This document shows, piece by piece, positions 36,186-45,249 of a DNA stretch of 64,000 nt. Location of the stretch: positions 4,709 through 68,708 of the IMG/VR virus record IMGVR_UViG_3300020204_004241. One strand, 5' to 3'. How positions within the stretch are numbered: position 1 is the first letter of the stretch; each line of letters starts with the position of its first letter. The stretch comes from a virus. The position numbers and the translations under genes are program-made. A model generated the notes under the pieces. That model was not told the origin of the DNA. It did not search any database and was given only the letters and a program-made list of their open reading frames with translations.

Positions 36186-38453
36186 TTATTCAGTCGGCTG
36201 AATACGCAAGCGGCAGCGACAGTTGATTGTTAGCCCTGGTGGAGCAAGCGGGTCTCCGGGGAAGCGAAGGATAACACCCTCGTCAGTAAACGAATCCTTG
36301 AGTGGTACTGCCTTGCCCTCAAGAACCCTGTGCTCATTGCGCACCGATGAGTCTTTGCGAGTGACCCACTGCTTACTAAACCGCAGTGAGCCGTTTTCTT
36401 TTTTGCCCACAAAATACAGGCCGGCGTTATAGGCAGACTGCGCTTCATGCTCAGCGATCTGTCGCTTCCGCTTGTTAAGCAAATACGCGAAGATTGCAAT
36501 CAATGCCGCTTTAAGCAGGGCATTTCTTTCGTCCTGGTCACGAATACTCATGCCAACGAGGAGCGCCGCTGCAATTTCCTCACGAGTCGTATCATTGACT
36601 TGCTGCATTCTCGCAACCTGACTGTCAAGATATTGCTGCAACTCTTCCTGATCGACTGGCTCTGATGCCTGTGGGTATTGCTCGCGAGCCTGCCTGACTG
36701 CATCATTAACAATCCCAGCAATTAGCGGCCGCATGTCGTCGTTGATCTGCTTATCCCAGACCTTCTTGTCGAACACCGACCCGACGTCAAGAGTTCCGCC
36801 AATCATCAACTTGCGCGCCTTGGGGCCGAGGGCCTTCTCCAAAATTACACGCTGTTGGCGCTCAAAAAGATTATCTAGTTTTGCGTCGAGAATGTCTGCC
36901 CAACGGTCGGCAGACTCATCTGCCTTGACGTCAGTTTGTACGAAAGGGGTATCAGCCCCCTTGAGGCTGATAAAGGACCCTTCGGCTGAAAGTTGACCAG
37001 AGGGTGGTGGGGTAACCTGGGCTTCCGGTGGTACGGCATTTTGCTCTGGGACAACAATCCCCATTCCTGGTTCAACTCCAGGAGGAGTTTGAGGCGCCGC
37101 TGCCGGCATCGGCTCAACCCCTGGAACTGCGCCGGCCTGAACCGCCTGAGTCATTACGGTCTGGGGCGCCGCTCCTGGAGCCTGCCCCTGGGGCGGGGTC
37201 TCCATTGGCTTCTCGGGGTTGCCAATTGGAGCCAGGTTCGGGTTGGCCAGCATGGAGTCGGCCAGGTCAGACACAACATTCTTGCGTCCGGTGTGTGAGC
37301 GGTATTCGTTGGCGGAGATAAGGCCAGCCTGGAATTCTTGGAGCAGGTGACCTTCGCGCTCTTGCTTGGCAAGAATCAGAGCGGGGACATCGGTCGTATC
37401 GAAGTCGATATAGTAAACCGGATGCAGGCTGTCCAGTGCGCGAGCGATTGGCTCAAGGTGGGGGAGCATGGTCTCCATCCAGAACACCTTGATCTCTTCG
37501 CCTGCGTTCGAGAACGTACGTCCAGCGGCATTACCTATCACTGACTCGGGCACACCAAAGGCCGCCAGGATTTCTTCCTTGGTGATTTGCCGCATGGAGG
37601 TGTAGGCCGCATCACGGGGGCTGGCACCAGTGTCAAGAAAATCAACACCATCTTCGGAGGCAATAACCGTAGTTCCGCCAGCGCGGTTGATGTTGCCCCG
37701 GAATCGTGAGCGCAACTCGTCCTTGTCGTCGTCATCCATTTCGCCACGGACAACGAGCAAGCCGCCCGGACGACCATCATTGATGAGGAAGTTGCGGTTA
37801 TAGATTTTGGCCAGGTTCTCAATTTCGATAGCCACTCCCGCCGCCTCCATGGGGGTTAGCGAAAGATAGGGATCGAGTGGGTGCGGCCGGCGAATCCAAA
37901 TTACGTCGTCGGCCTTGACGAAGACCTTTTTGCCATTTGGCATGTCCACCTCGAACCCAGAAACAAATTTCTTGGGGTCCGGGACAGGGGCTGTGAACTG
38001 GGGCGGAAGAAGATGAAGGGCAATCAACTCACCATTACGCCCACGAATCTTTTCAATAAATACCCCTCGGGTGCTCATCAGCAACTGCGAGGACAGGCGG
38101 TAGCGGAAGACGAAAGAATCTTCGCCTTCGTTCGCCTTTGAGTTCAGTATGTCAAGAATCTGGTTGTTTTCCTTGACAACTGTTCCGTTAGGGGAGTTGT
38201 CTTCACGGAGAATAATTGGTAGCCGGGCCTGGTTGCCGGCGATGGCGTCGATACAACGGAATACCCAGGTAACCTTTTGCATGCCTTCGCGATAAGCGCG
38301 CTGCATGTCCCAGCCGTCCTTATAGGCCTTGCCGGTTCGAGCGATATCAAAAGACACTGGTGCGCCAGGATTGAGGCCCGATGCCTTGATCGATTCGGAG
38401 ACGATGTCCTTCGTCTCTTCCATTGTTTTTGTCTGTGGCTTATTCCAGGCCAT
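36186..38453 (-). CDS. HK97-family portal protein fused to a MuF/gpF-like head morphogenesis domain
   Basis: VFRCIDAIA, NDGRPGG, ILAAFGVP..IG, F..ETMLP, ANEYR; P/Q-rich linker; KQWVTRKD..VR..H...FPGDP...INCRC. Confidence 0.92.
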   Translation of the reverse strand: MAWNKPQTKTMEETKDIVSESIKASGLNPGAPVSFDIARTGKAYKDGWDMQRAYREGMQKVTWVFRCIDAIAGNQARLPIILREDNSPNGTVVKENNQILDILNSKANEGEDSFVFRYRLSSQLLMSTRGVFIEKIRGRNGELIALHLLPPQFTAPVPDPKKFVSGFEVDMPNGKKVFVKADDVIWIRRPHPLDPYLSLTPMEAAGVAIEIENLAKIYNRNFLINDGRPGGLLVVRGEMDDDDKDELRSRFRGNINRAGGTTVIASEDGVDFLDTGASPRDAAYTSMRQITKEEILAAFGVPESVIGNAAGRTFSNAGEEIKVFWMETMLPHLEPIARALDSLHPVYYIDFDTTDVPALILAKQEREGHLLQEFQAGLISANEYRSHTGRKNVVSDLADSMLANPNLAPIGNPEKPMETPPQGQAPGAAPQTVMTQAVQAGAVPGVEPMPAAAPQTPPGVEPGMGIVVPEQNAVPPEAQVTPPPSGQLSAEGSFISLKGADTPFVQTDVKADESADRWADILDAKLDNLFERQQRVILEKALGPKARKLMIGGTLDVGSVFDKKVWDKQINDDMRPLIAGIVNDAVRQAREQYPQASEPVDQEELQQYLDSQVARMQQVNDTTREEIAAALLVGMSIRDQDERNALLKAALIAIFAYLLNKRKRQIAEHEAQSAYNAGLYFVGKKENGSLRFSKQWVTRKDSSVRNEHRVLEGKAVPLKDSFTDEGVILRFPGDPLAPPGLTINCRCRLRIQPTE

Positions 38454-38656
38454 TAGTCACGTCCCAAAAGGTATCCATATAGTCCAGCATTTGCACCTGC
38501 TACTATTAAACCAGCCCCAGGCCATCCCAGCATGGAAACTCCTATGGCGGGAAGAACGACAAAACAACCCATCAAAAAGTACGCCGAGGTTTGACGCGAA
38601 GTAAGTATACCAATAAATCTTTTCGGTTTACTGGGATTATTCTCAGATTCTGCCAT
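38453..38656 (-). CDS. Small membrane protein upstream of the portal
   Basis: Two hydrophobic segments; GGAG SD; TAATG overlap with portal. Confidence 0.65.
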   Translation of the reverse strand: MAESENNPSKPKRFIGILTSRQTSAYFLMGCFVVLPAIGVSMLGWPGAGLIVAGANAGLYGYLLGRD

Positions 38657-38719
38657 TGCTGCGTTCTCCGTGGGGTAAGCACCCTAACATCATCATCCTA
38701 CACACAACGGAGCCCCCCA

Positions 38720-40024
38720 GTGACCGATTGGTCCAGTATCCTCGAATATCTTCAGCCCAAGCAGCCCGAGTTCTGCCCTGAAGAACCGTCATTGACGCAG
38801 AAGGTATTTCTGCGGACCTATCAACTCGAAGCACTATTTGGCGGAGCGGCCGGTGGGGGAAAATCCTCGGCACTACTGATGTCGGCCCTTCAGTATGTTG
38901 ATGTGCCCGGATATTCAGCCATCCTATTTCGTAGGACGTTCGCTGACTTGGCCCTGCCGGGAGCCTTGATGGACCGTGCCCGTGAATGGATGTCCCGCCA
39001 CGACGATGTCAAGTGGAATGGCGTACAAAATACATTTACCTTCCCATCAGGAGCCAGAATCACTTTCGGTTATTTGAACAATACAAATGACTATCTTCGC
39101 TACAAGGGTGCTGAATTTCAATTCATCGGCATGGATGAAGTTACAGAAATCCGTGAGAACGACTATCGTTACCTGTTCTCCCGACTGCGCCGTCCGGCCT
39201 CTGGCCCGCTGTCCAAGGTGCCCCTACGGATGCGAGCCGCGTCGAACCCAGCCCCGAACTGGGTGCGTCAGCGCTTCATTGTCGAAGGAATGAAAAACAA
39301 CCGCATTTTCGTGCCATCCAAATTGACTGACAACCCTGGCATCGACGCTGAGTCCTACCGTTCAGCGTTGAGTTCGCTAGACCCGATTGAGCGCCGGCGC
39401 CTCGAAGAGGGCGACTGGTGGTCGACTACACTCGGCTCGCTGTTCGAGCGAGAGAATTTTATTCTGATCGACCCAGCGGAAATCCCTCAGTTGACATCCT
39501 CGGCTCGCGCGATTCGATTCTGGGACCTTGCGGCGACCGAACCCTCTCACTCGAACCCTGATCCCGACTGGACCGTTGGCACTCTTATGCTATTTGACCA
39601 GGGAGTGGCCTATGTTGTTGACGTCAAGCGGGCCAGGGTCAAGGCCGAAAAGGTCGAGCAACTCATTGCAAATACCGCAATGGAAGACGGCCGCCAAGTC
39701 TCGATTCGGATGGAGCAGGAGCCCGGATCGTCCGGCAAGGCGCTGGCCGACCAATATGCTAGGTATGTTCTCCCCGGCTATGACTTCTCAGCAATGAGGG
39801 CAACCGGAGACAAAGTGACCCGGGCCAGGCCTTTCGCCGCGGCCGTGGCTAATGGGAACGTCCGTGTAGTCAGGGGGTCATGGCTAACCCCATGGCTTGA
39901 TGAGTTTGCCTCATTCCCCGAAGCCACTGACCACGACGACCAGGTCGACTCCGCAGTCGGGGCATTTACCTATTTGGCCGGCCTCGGTTTGCCTCAGCGA
40001 AAGCGGGCGGCTATCATCGTCTGA
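38720..40024 (+). CDS. terL: Terminase large subunit
   Basis: Walker A GGAAGGGKS, Walker B FIGMDE, ASNP, WDLA, DWTVG, EQEPGSSG, HDDQVD; GGAG before GTG 38720. Confidence 0.95.
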   Translation: MTDWSSILEYLQPKQPEFCPEEPSLTQKVFLRTYQLEALFGGAAGGGKSSALLMSALQYVDVPGYSAILFRRTFADLALPGALMDRAREWMSRHDDVKWNGVQNTFTFPSGARITFGYLNNTNDYLRYKGAEFQFIGMDEVTEIRENDYRYLFSRLRRPASGPLSKVPLRMRAASNPAPNWVRQRFIVEGMKNNRIFVPSKLTDNPGIDAESYRSALSSLDPIERRRLEEGDWWSTTLGSLFERENFILIDPAEIPQLTSSARAIRFWDLAATEPSHSNPDPDWTVGTLMLFDQGVAYVVDVKRARVKAEKVEQLIANTAMEDGRQVSIRMEQEPGSSGKALADQYARYVLPGYDFSAMRATGDKVTRARPFAAAVANGNVRVVRGSWLTPWLDEFASFPEATDHDDQVDSAVGAFTYLAGLGLPQRKRAAIIV

Positions 40025-40048
40025 CACGTACTAACCACTGGAGGAACT

Positions 40049-40540
40049 GTGGGTATTTCAGACGAAATTGCCAATCTGCGTAAAGCGATTATGCACCTTG
40101 ATGTCGCCATCTCGGCTGAAGCGCCAGGGCTTGATGCCAAGGAAGCGTGCCAGTTGCTTGTGAGCCTTCATGAGGCCAAGGCAGAACTTGGCGTGGTGTA
40201 TGCCGGCATGGAGAAAGCCGCTGCCGATGCCATGGGCCGGGACGAAGAGATTGTTCTCGACGATGGCTCACGGATTGAGAAGAAGTTCGATCCGGGCCGC
40301 AAGGGCTGGAAGCACAAGGACCTGGCCTCTGTGGTGTCGGAAAAATTGTCGATGCTCGCAATTGACATGGACACGGGTGAGGTAGTAATGTCACCCCAAG
40401 AGGTCGCAGAGCGGGTTCTTGACTACGTACAGCCTTCATATTGGAGAATCAAGAAGTTGGCTGAACTAGGCATCAATGCTGACAACTACTGCGAACTTGG
40501 TGAACCGAAAACAAGCATTGCCGTCAGGAGAGCAAAGTAA
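40049..40540 (+). CDS. Hypothetical protein
   Basis: GGAGG SD; coupled to the next gene. Confidence 0.75.
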   Translation: MGISDEIANLRKAIMHLDVAISAEAPGLDAKEACQLLVSLHEAKAELGVVYAGMEKAAADAMGRDEEIVLDDGSRIEKKFDPGRKGWKHKDLASVVSEKLSMLAIDMDTGEVVMSPQEVAERVLDYVQPSYWRIKKLAELGINADNYCELGEPKTSIAVRRAK

Positions 40541-41313
40541 TGGCTACTAGCAAAAATACGACAGAGACTGAGATCGCGGAGGAATATCCAATAGCGTTCC
40601 CAGCAGAAGTGACCAATGACTGGGAGCAGGTTGAGCGCAGGCGCAAGCAGGAGCGTGCGGATAACTCGGCAAAGGCCATGAAGGACCTTTATGAGCCCTT
40701 CCACCCCAGCGTCGAACGTCAACTCAAAAAGAGTGGCACTAGCCTGACCTATATCCCCGTCAGCGAAGTCATCACCCGACTCAACCAGGTATTCGGCATT
40801 GACGGCTGGAGTTCGGAAATCATCCGCTGCGAGCGCGACGCTCTCGATCCGGATTTCATCGTTGCCCATGTCCGCCTATCGCTGTCGCATTTCGGTGATT
40901 TTGGCAACCTACATAAGGACGGATTTGGCGGCCAGAAGATCAAGCGAACAAAGGCCGGCGACATTGTCGATCTTGGCGATGAGTTCAAGGGCGCTGTGTC
41001 GGATGCCTTGAAGAAGGCGGCTCAGCAATTCGGTATCGGCCTATACCTTGCCCGATCCGAAGAGGCGCTCAGCATGGAAGCGCAGGCCAGCGCTGATCCA
41101 GAACTCGACAACCTGTGGAATAAGTTCATGGACAAAACCAAGAAACTCGACGCCGATGGAAAACTTGCCCTGAAGAATTACTGGGCAAAGATCAGCGGTG
41201 GAGCGCCTACGCCCAAGCGTGAGACCGCTACCGCCGACGCCCTTCGTGCGCTCATCGCAGAATGCGCCCTCATCACTACTGGTGGGACATTCGAAGATGA
41301 GTTCAGCGAATGA
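40540..41313 (+). CDS. Rad52/Rad22-family (Sak-like) single-strand annealing protein
   Basis: LTYIP...VITRLNQVFGIDGWS...FKGAVSDALKKAAQQFGIGLYL. Confidence 0.9.
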   Translation: MATSKNTTETEIAEEYPIAFPAEVTNDWEQVERRRKQERADNSAKAMKDLYEPFHPSVERQLKKSGTSLTYIPVSEVITRLNQVFGIDGWSSEIIRCERDALDPDFIVAHVRLSLSHFGDFGNLHKDGFGGQKIKRTKAGDIVDLGDEFKGAVSDALKKAAQQFGIGLYLARSEEALSMEAQASADPELDNLWNKFMDKTKKLDADGKLALKNYWAKISGGAPTPKRETATADALRALIAECALITTGGTFEDEFSE

Positions 41314-42080
41314 GTTTTAATCCCCCCGAGTACCTTTCGCCATCTTCGCTATCGACATTCAAGCAATGCCCCCTTCGATTCAAGTACACAAAAATCGATG
41401 GGGTGCGTGAGCCAGATACCGAAGCAACCGTTCTCGGCTCCTTCATACACGAAATCCTAGAATTCTTATTCGCTCTACCAGCCGACGAAAGAACCTTGCC
41501 GGCAGCAAGAGCAATCGCCAATGCGGCGTGGAATGAGAATGGATGGCGCAACCGAGTGATCGGCGTGATTGGCGCAGACGAGACCATCCTGCGTAAATTC
41601 AGATGGGATGCCTGGTGGCGCGTCGAAAACTATTTCGGTATGGAAAGCCCATCAGAGATTGAGCCAGTTGGCCTTGAGTATGAAGTGACTGGGGAAATCG
41701 AGGGCGTGCGAATCAAGGGCTTTGTTGATCGCTGGTCAGAAGGACCAAACGGGATTATCGTCTCCGACTACAAGACTGGCAAGACGCCCGCCCCAAGGTA
41801 TAGGGACGACAAGTTCACCCAATTGTTTATTTATGCTCTCATGATCAACCATAAGTTGTCACGAGTGCCGGCATCGGTTGAATTGCTTTACCTAAAGGAT
41901 GGCACACGCTTGACATCCGAAGTAACCGAAGATACACTGAAATCAACAACAGAAATGCTCATCACCACGAACAACGAAATTATGCAGCGTTGTGAGTCTG
42001 GTGATTTTGAATACAAAACATCAAAACTATGTAAATTTTGCACGTTCAAAAGTGTGTGCCCTGCCTGGAGGAAGCAATGA
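41310..42080 (+). CDS. PD-(D/E)XK RecB-family exonuclease
   Basis: SPSS...CP, GSFIHEILE, GFVDR, DYKTG, QL..YA, C..C.F...C. Confidence 0.9.
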   Translation: MSFNPPEYLSPSSLSTFKQCPLRFKYTKIDGVREPDTEATVLGSFIHEILEFLFALPADERTLPAARAIANAAWNENGWRNRVIGVIGADETILRKFRWDAWWRVENYFGMESPSEIEPVGLEYEVTGEIEGVRIKGFVDRWSEGPNGIIVSDYKTGKTPAPRYRDDKFTQLFIYALMINHKLSRVPASVELLYLKDGTRLTSEVTEDTLKSTTEMLITTNNEIMQRCESGDFEYKTSKLCKFCTFKSVCPAWRKQ

Positions 42081-42580
42081 ACGACGACGCCTTTGCCCGT
42101 CTCGTGGCCGAAGAGGTCAAGAACAATGTCTCTGATTCGCAGAGGCAGTACCTGCTCCTGCCAGAAAACTGGGGCCGCTGGCGCCGGGCATTGTCGGCCC
42201 TTGTTGACAACCTGAGTGATCAGTTGACGCGAATTGAGAAGGAAACAGCCGAGCAAATCGCTCGCTACGAAATGCTTGGCGATGACGGATTTTCGATGGT
42301 TGCCGAACTGGCATCAGAGTCTGACCACAAGACGAAGAAAATTAGCCGGTTCAAGTTTTATGTTGAATCGAAACTCGAAGAGGTCAACCGCATGATTGCC
42401 CTCGGCACGGACCATATCGACGAAAAGGTCAAGGTCGTAGAGTTCCTGCGTCGCGCAATTTTGATGCACAAGCAGATGATGGAAGACAACGACCTGGAAC
42501 CGACCGGAATCGATCTCGCTCTATGGGACTCGCTCGACGGCTCGTGGTCATTTGACAAGGTCGATCCCGCCACGCTATGA
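42077..42580 (+). CDS. Hypothetical helical protein
   Basis: GGAGG SD, ATG 42077 with ATGA overlap. Confidence 0.7.
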   Translation: MNDDAFARLVAEEVKNNVSDSQRQYLLLPENWGRWRRALSALVDNLSDQLTRIEKETAEQIARYEMLGDDGFSMVAELASESDHKTKKISRFKFYVESKLEEVNRMIALGTDHIDEKVKVVEFLRRAILMHKQMMEDNDLEPTGIDLALWDSLDGSWSFDKVDPATL

Positions 42581-43647
42581 CAACTGTAGGTTTTGCATCG
42601 ACCGACTGGTCTCGTAGTCTTTTTGATTCCAACGGGATGAATGTTCCTGGTGGGGCAAATTGGGTGCGCTTTCAGCAGGTGCGCCAGCACATGAGTATGC
42701 CATCGGCAACTGGCTGGCTCACATGGACCGATGAACACGGATTTGTGATCTCAAACAACAAGGGCGATATCGCTCATAATCTTGACGTAATTGTCATGCA
42801 AAGAATTATGTTTGGCGATCTTGTTGACAAGTTGCGCGATTACCGGGAGAAAGAAAACCGAGCCCTAATCATCAACGATCTGGATGACTGGTACTGGGGA
42901 CTTGACCCGCGCAATGCCGCCTATAAATTGACTAGGCCCGAGAACAATCCAGAAGAAAACATTGACCACTATCAGAAAATCTTGGAGTTGTCTGACATTG
43001 TCACCGTCTCCACGCCATTCTTAAAAACGGCGGTAGATAATCTATGCGGCCATAAAAATGTTGTTGTCATCGAGAACCACGTTTCGACCAATCACTTCAA
43101 TGTTCGTGGATTCAATGGCAAGAGGCCTGTAGTTGGCTGGGTTGGTTCAACCAATCATCGAAGTGGCGACCTTGAGGAATTGTTCGGCATATTCGACAAC
43201 AGCATCAAGTTTCACCACAGCGGCCACTATGGTGCCGGCAATCCCTTTGCTGACGCCCTGGGCGTAAAGAAGGATCGTGTTGCCAAAAGCCCGATGAGGG
43301 CGCCATGGGACTACGCCAGAATGTCGTTCTGTTTTGACATCGGCCTGGCTCCGCTCTCAGACATTGAATTCAACCACGCCAAGTCGTGGATTAAGGCAAT
43401 TGAGTATGCGGCTGCTGGTATCCCATTTGTTGCGTCACCACGCACAGAATATGTTCGTCTGGTTGAGCAACTGGGAGTAGGCCGTATTGCCCACAGCCCA
43501 TCCGACTGGGTGACTCATGTCAAGGAATTGCACGACCATGGAACCCGCGTCAATGAAGCGGCCCTACTCCGCAGCCGGGTCGAGGAACTGCTCGACGTAA
43601 AGCACATGGCTCGGCTATGGGAATCTGTGATATCTTCTAATCTGTGA
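42577..43647 (+). CDS. Glycosyltransferase (GT-B/GT4-like)
   Basis: DLDD, VTVSTPFL, VGWVGS..H, DIGLAPL...FN.AKS.IK..EY.A.GIP.VAS. Confidence 0.88.
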   Translation: MTTVGFASTDWSRSLFDSNGMNVPGGANWVRFQQVRQHMSMPSATGWLTWTDEHGFVISNNKGDIAHNLDVIVMQRIMFGDLVDKLRDYREKENRALIINDLDDWYWGLDPRNAAYKLTRPENNPEENIDHYQKILELSDIVTVSTPFLKTAVDNLCGHKNVVVIENHVSTNHFNVRGFNGKRPVVGWVGSTNHRSGDLEELFGIFDNSIKFHHSGHYGAGNPFADALGVKKDRVAKSPMRAPWDYARMSFCFDIGLAPLSDIEFNHAKSWIKAIEYAAAGIPFVASPRTEYVRLVEQLGVGRIAHSPSDWVTHVKELHDHGTRVNEAALLRSRVEELLDVKHMARLWESVISSNL

Positions 43648-43946
43648 GGAAGCGTTCTGCCAAGCAGGAAGCGCTCTACCGTGAGCGCCGGCCATTGGTC
43701 AAAAGGCTGCTAGAGGAGCGAGTCTGGTGTGAGGCCTGCCCGATTTTTGCCGAGCATGATGGGCGAGTTACCTATGCCAGGAATCGCTCGATGGACATTC
43801 ATGAACTGGTCCGCAGGTCGCAGGGCGGGTCAATTCTGGACATCGACAACCTGATCGCCGTGTGCCGCCCATGTCATATTAGAATCGGTAATTATCCTCA
43901 GTTGGCATTCGATTTAGGTTTGGCCAAGAGGTCTTGGGAGCAGTAA
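43644..43946 (+). CDS. HNH endonuclease
   Basis: CEAC...DIHE..RRSQGG....NL..VCRPCH. Confidence 0.85.
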   Translation: MRKRSAKQEALYRERRPLVKRLLEERVWCEACPIFAEHDGRVTYARNRSMDIHELVRRSQGGSILDIDNLIAVCRPCHIRIGNYPQLAFDLGLAKRSWEQ

Positions 43947-43984
43947 TACCTATTGTGCTACTCTTGACTTGACCAAGGAGAGTC

Positions 43985-44146
43985 ATGGTAGTTCCGCGTC
44001 GCACAAACACAGACGATGAAGAGCGGGGTTCTGACGTCGGCAGGCGTCGGCGTCCTGGATTTTTTCGACGCGCTGCGGGTCGTGCGCTTCGTAGTGTTTC
44101 TCGTGCCGCCGACCGTGCTCGGGTTCGAGGCCGTGGCCGCCGCTGA
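43985..44146 (+). CDS. Small Arg-rich protein (53 aa, not in ORF track)
   Basis: AAGGAG SD; MVVPRRTNTDDEERGSDVGRRRRPGFFRRAAGRALRSVSRAADRARVRGRGRR*. Confidence 0.65.
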   Translation: MVVPRRTNTDDEERGSDVGRRRRPGFFRRAAGRALRSVSRAADRARVRGRGRR

Positions 44147-44159
44147 CAGGAGGCCCTAG

Positions 44160-44789
44160 ATGCTGGTTTCTATTGACGAACTTCGTCGATACATGGACAT
44201 TACCTTTAGTTCGCGTCAAGAAGATGCCGCCACATATGTCCTAGAGGGTCTCCAAAGCGAACTTGAGGCCTATATTCGCCGGCCCATCGAGATTCATGAA
44301 TATACGGAAACTCACGTTATTCAGGCGTCCTCCGTTGGCATGCCGACTGCATCGTTCTTTTACGATCAAAGCCTCGACACAACCCTGAATACTGGCATTT
44401 CAATCACCCAGCCCCCGGTTGGCGTATACCTTAGAAATACGCCAGTCGTTACGGTCACCGACGTAACCATCACAAACACGACTGGAAACGTATTGGCCCA
44501 GGTTGAAGGCATCGACTATGTAGTTCAGCGCTATGGCATTGACTGCTACAGGGGCTACCCCAATGATGTTGTCACGGTTACCTATGAAGGTGGGCTTGAT
44601 GGTGACCAAATCAAGATGTTCCGACTGATGATCCTTCGGGCCGCATCTCGAGAAATGCAAAACATGCATGACGATGTTGTCGGCATCAAGGACCTTAACT
44701 CCAGAAACGTCGCCCCACTACAGACCGGATTTTTGGACAGCGAGTTGTTGGCGCTAAAGCGCTACCGACGCAAACAGATTGCCGGCTGA
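44160..44789 (+). CDS. Head-tail adaptor/connector protein
   Basis: LVSIDELRRYM, V.VTY.GG, L.RYR; first gene of the neck cluster. Confidence 0.75.
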   Translation: MLVSIDELRRYMDITFSSRQEDAATYVLEGLQSELEAYIRRPIEIHEYTETHVIQASSVGMPTASFFYDQSLDTTLNTGISITQPPVGVYLRNTPVVTVTDVTITNTTGNVLAQVEGIDYVVQRYGIDCYRGYPNDVVTVTYEGGLDGDQIKMFRLMILRAASREMQNMHDDVVGIKDLNSRNVAPLQTGFLDSELLALKRYRRKQIAG

Positions 44790-45247
44790 TGTATTCCAAA
44801 GTCAATGTCCGCGTATACGGCGAGAAGCAGGCTATTGTTCGTCTTGAGGGGATTAAGCAGCGTCTTGAAAACCAGCAGGTTCCCCTGCGTCAGGCTCGCG
44901 CTATGCTTGCCGCAGCCAATGCCAAGAACTTCTCCAGCAATGGCCTTCCAGTCGGTGGCTGGGCGCCACTTGATGCCGAGTACGGGGCATGGAAATCTAG
45001 GCGTTACCCTGGGGCTCCACCAATGGTTGCTAACGGTAAGTTGTTCCGTAGCCTCATTGCCCTGGATGGTGGGAGCATGAACATCGTCAGCCCCAAAAGT
45101 GCCACCTATGGCACCGATGTCGAATATGCCAAGTTCCACCAGTACGGAACTAGGAAGATGCCTAAGCGCAAAATTGTGTTTGAGCCTGTTGGGTTCGCCG
45201 CCGAACTAGGCCAGATCATGGCTAAGTGGACCGCTAGGGGTATCTGA
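44789..45247 (+). CDS. Virion morphogenesis/neck protein (Mu gpG-like)
   Basis: W.PL, G.LFRSL, YGTDVEYAKFHQYGT.KMPKR. Confidence 0.82.
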   Translation: MYSKVNVRVYGEKQAIVRLEGIKQRLENQQVPLRQARAMLAAANAKNFSSNGLPVGGWAPLDAEYGAWKSRRYPGAPPMVANGKLFRSLIALDGGSMNIVSPKSATYGTDVEYAKFHQYGTRKMPKRKIVFEPVGFAAELGQIMAKWTARGI

Positions 45248-45249
45248 TC

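Noticed and set aside
38591-38719. Track start for terminase at 38591
   Set aside because: Overlaps the divergent gene; GTG 38720 has an SD and gives a more plausible N-terminus
41310-42080. Cas4 of a CRISPR-Cas system
   Set aside because: No cas1/cas2 or array seen; pairing with Sak indicates a recombination exonuclease
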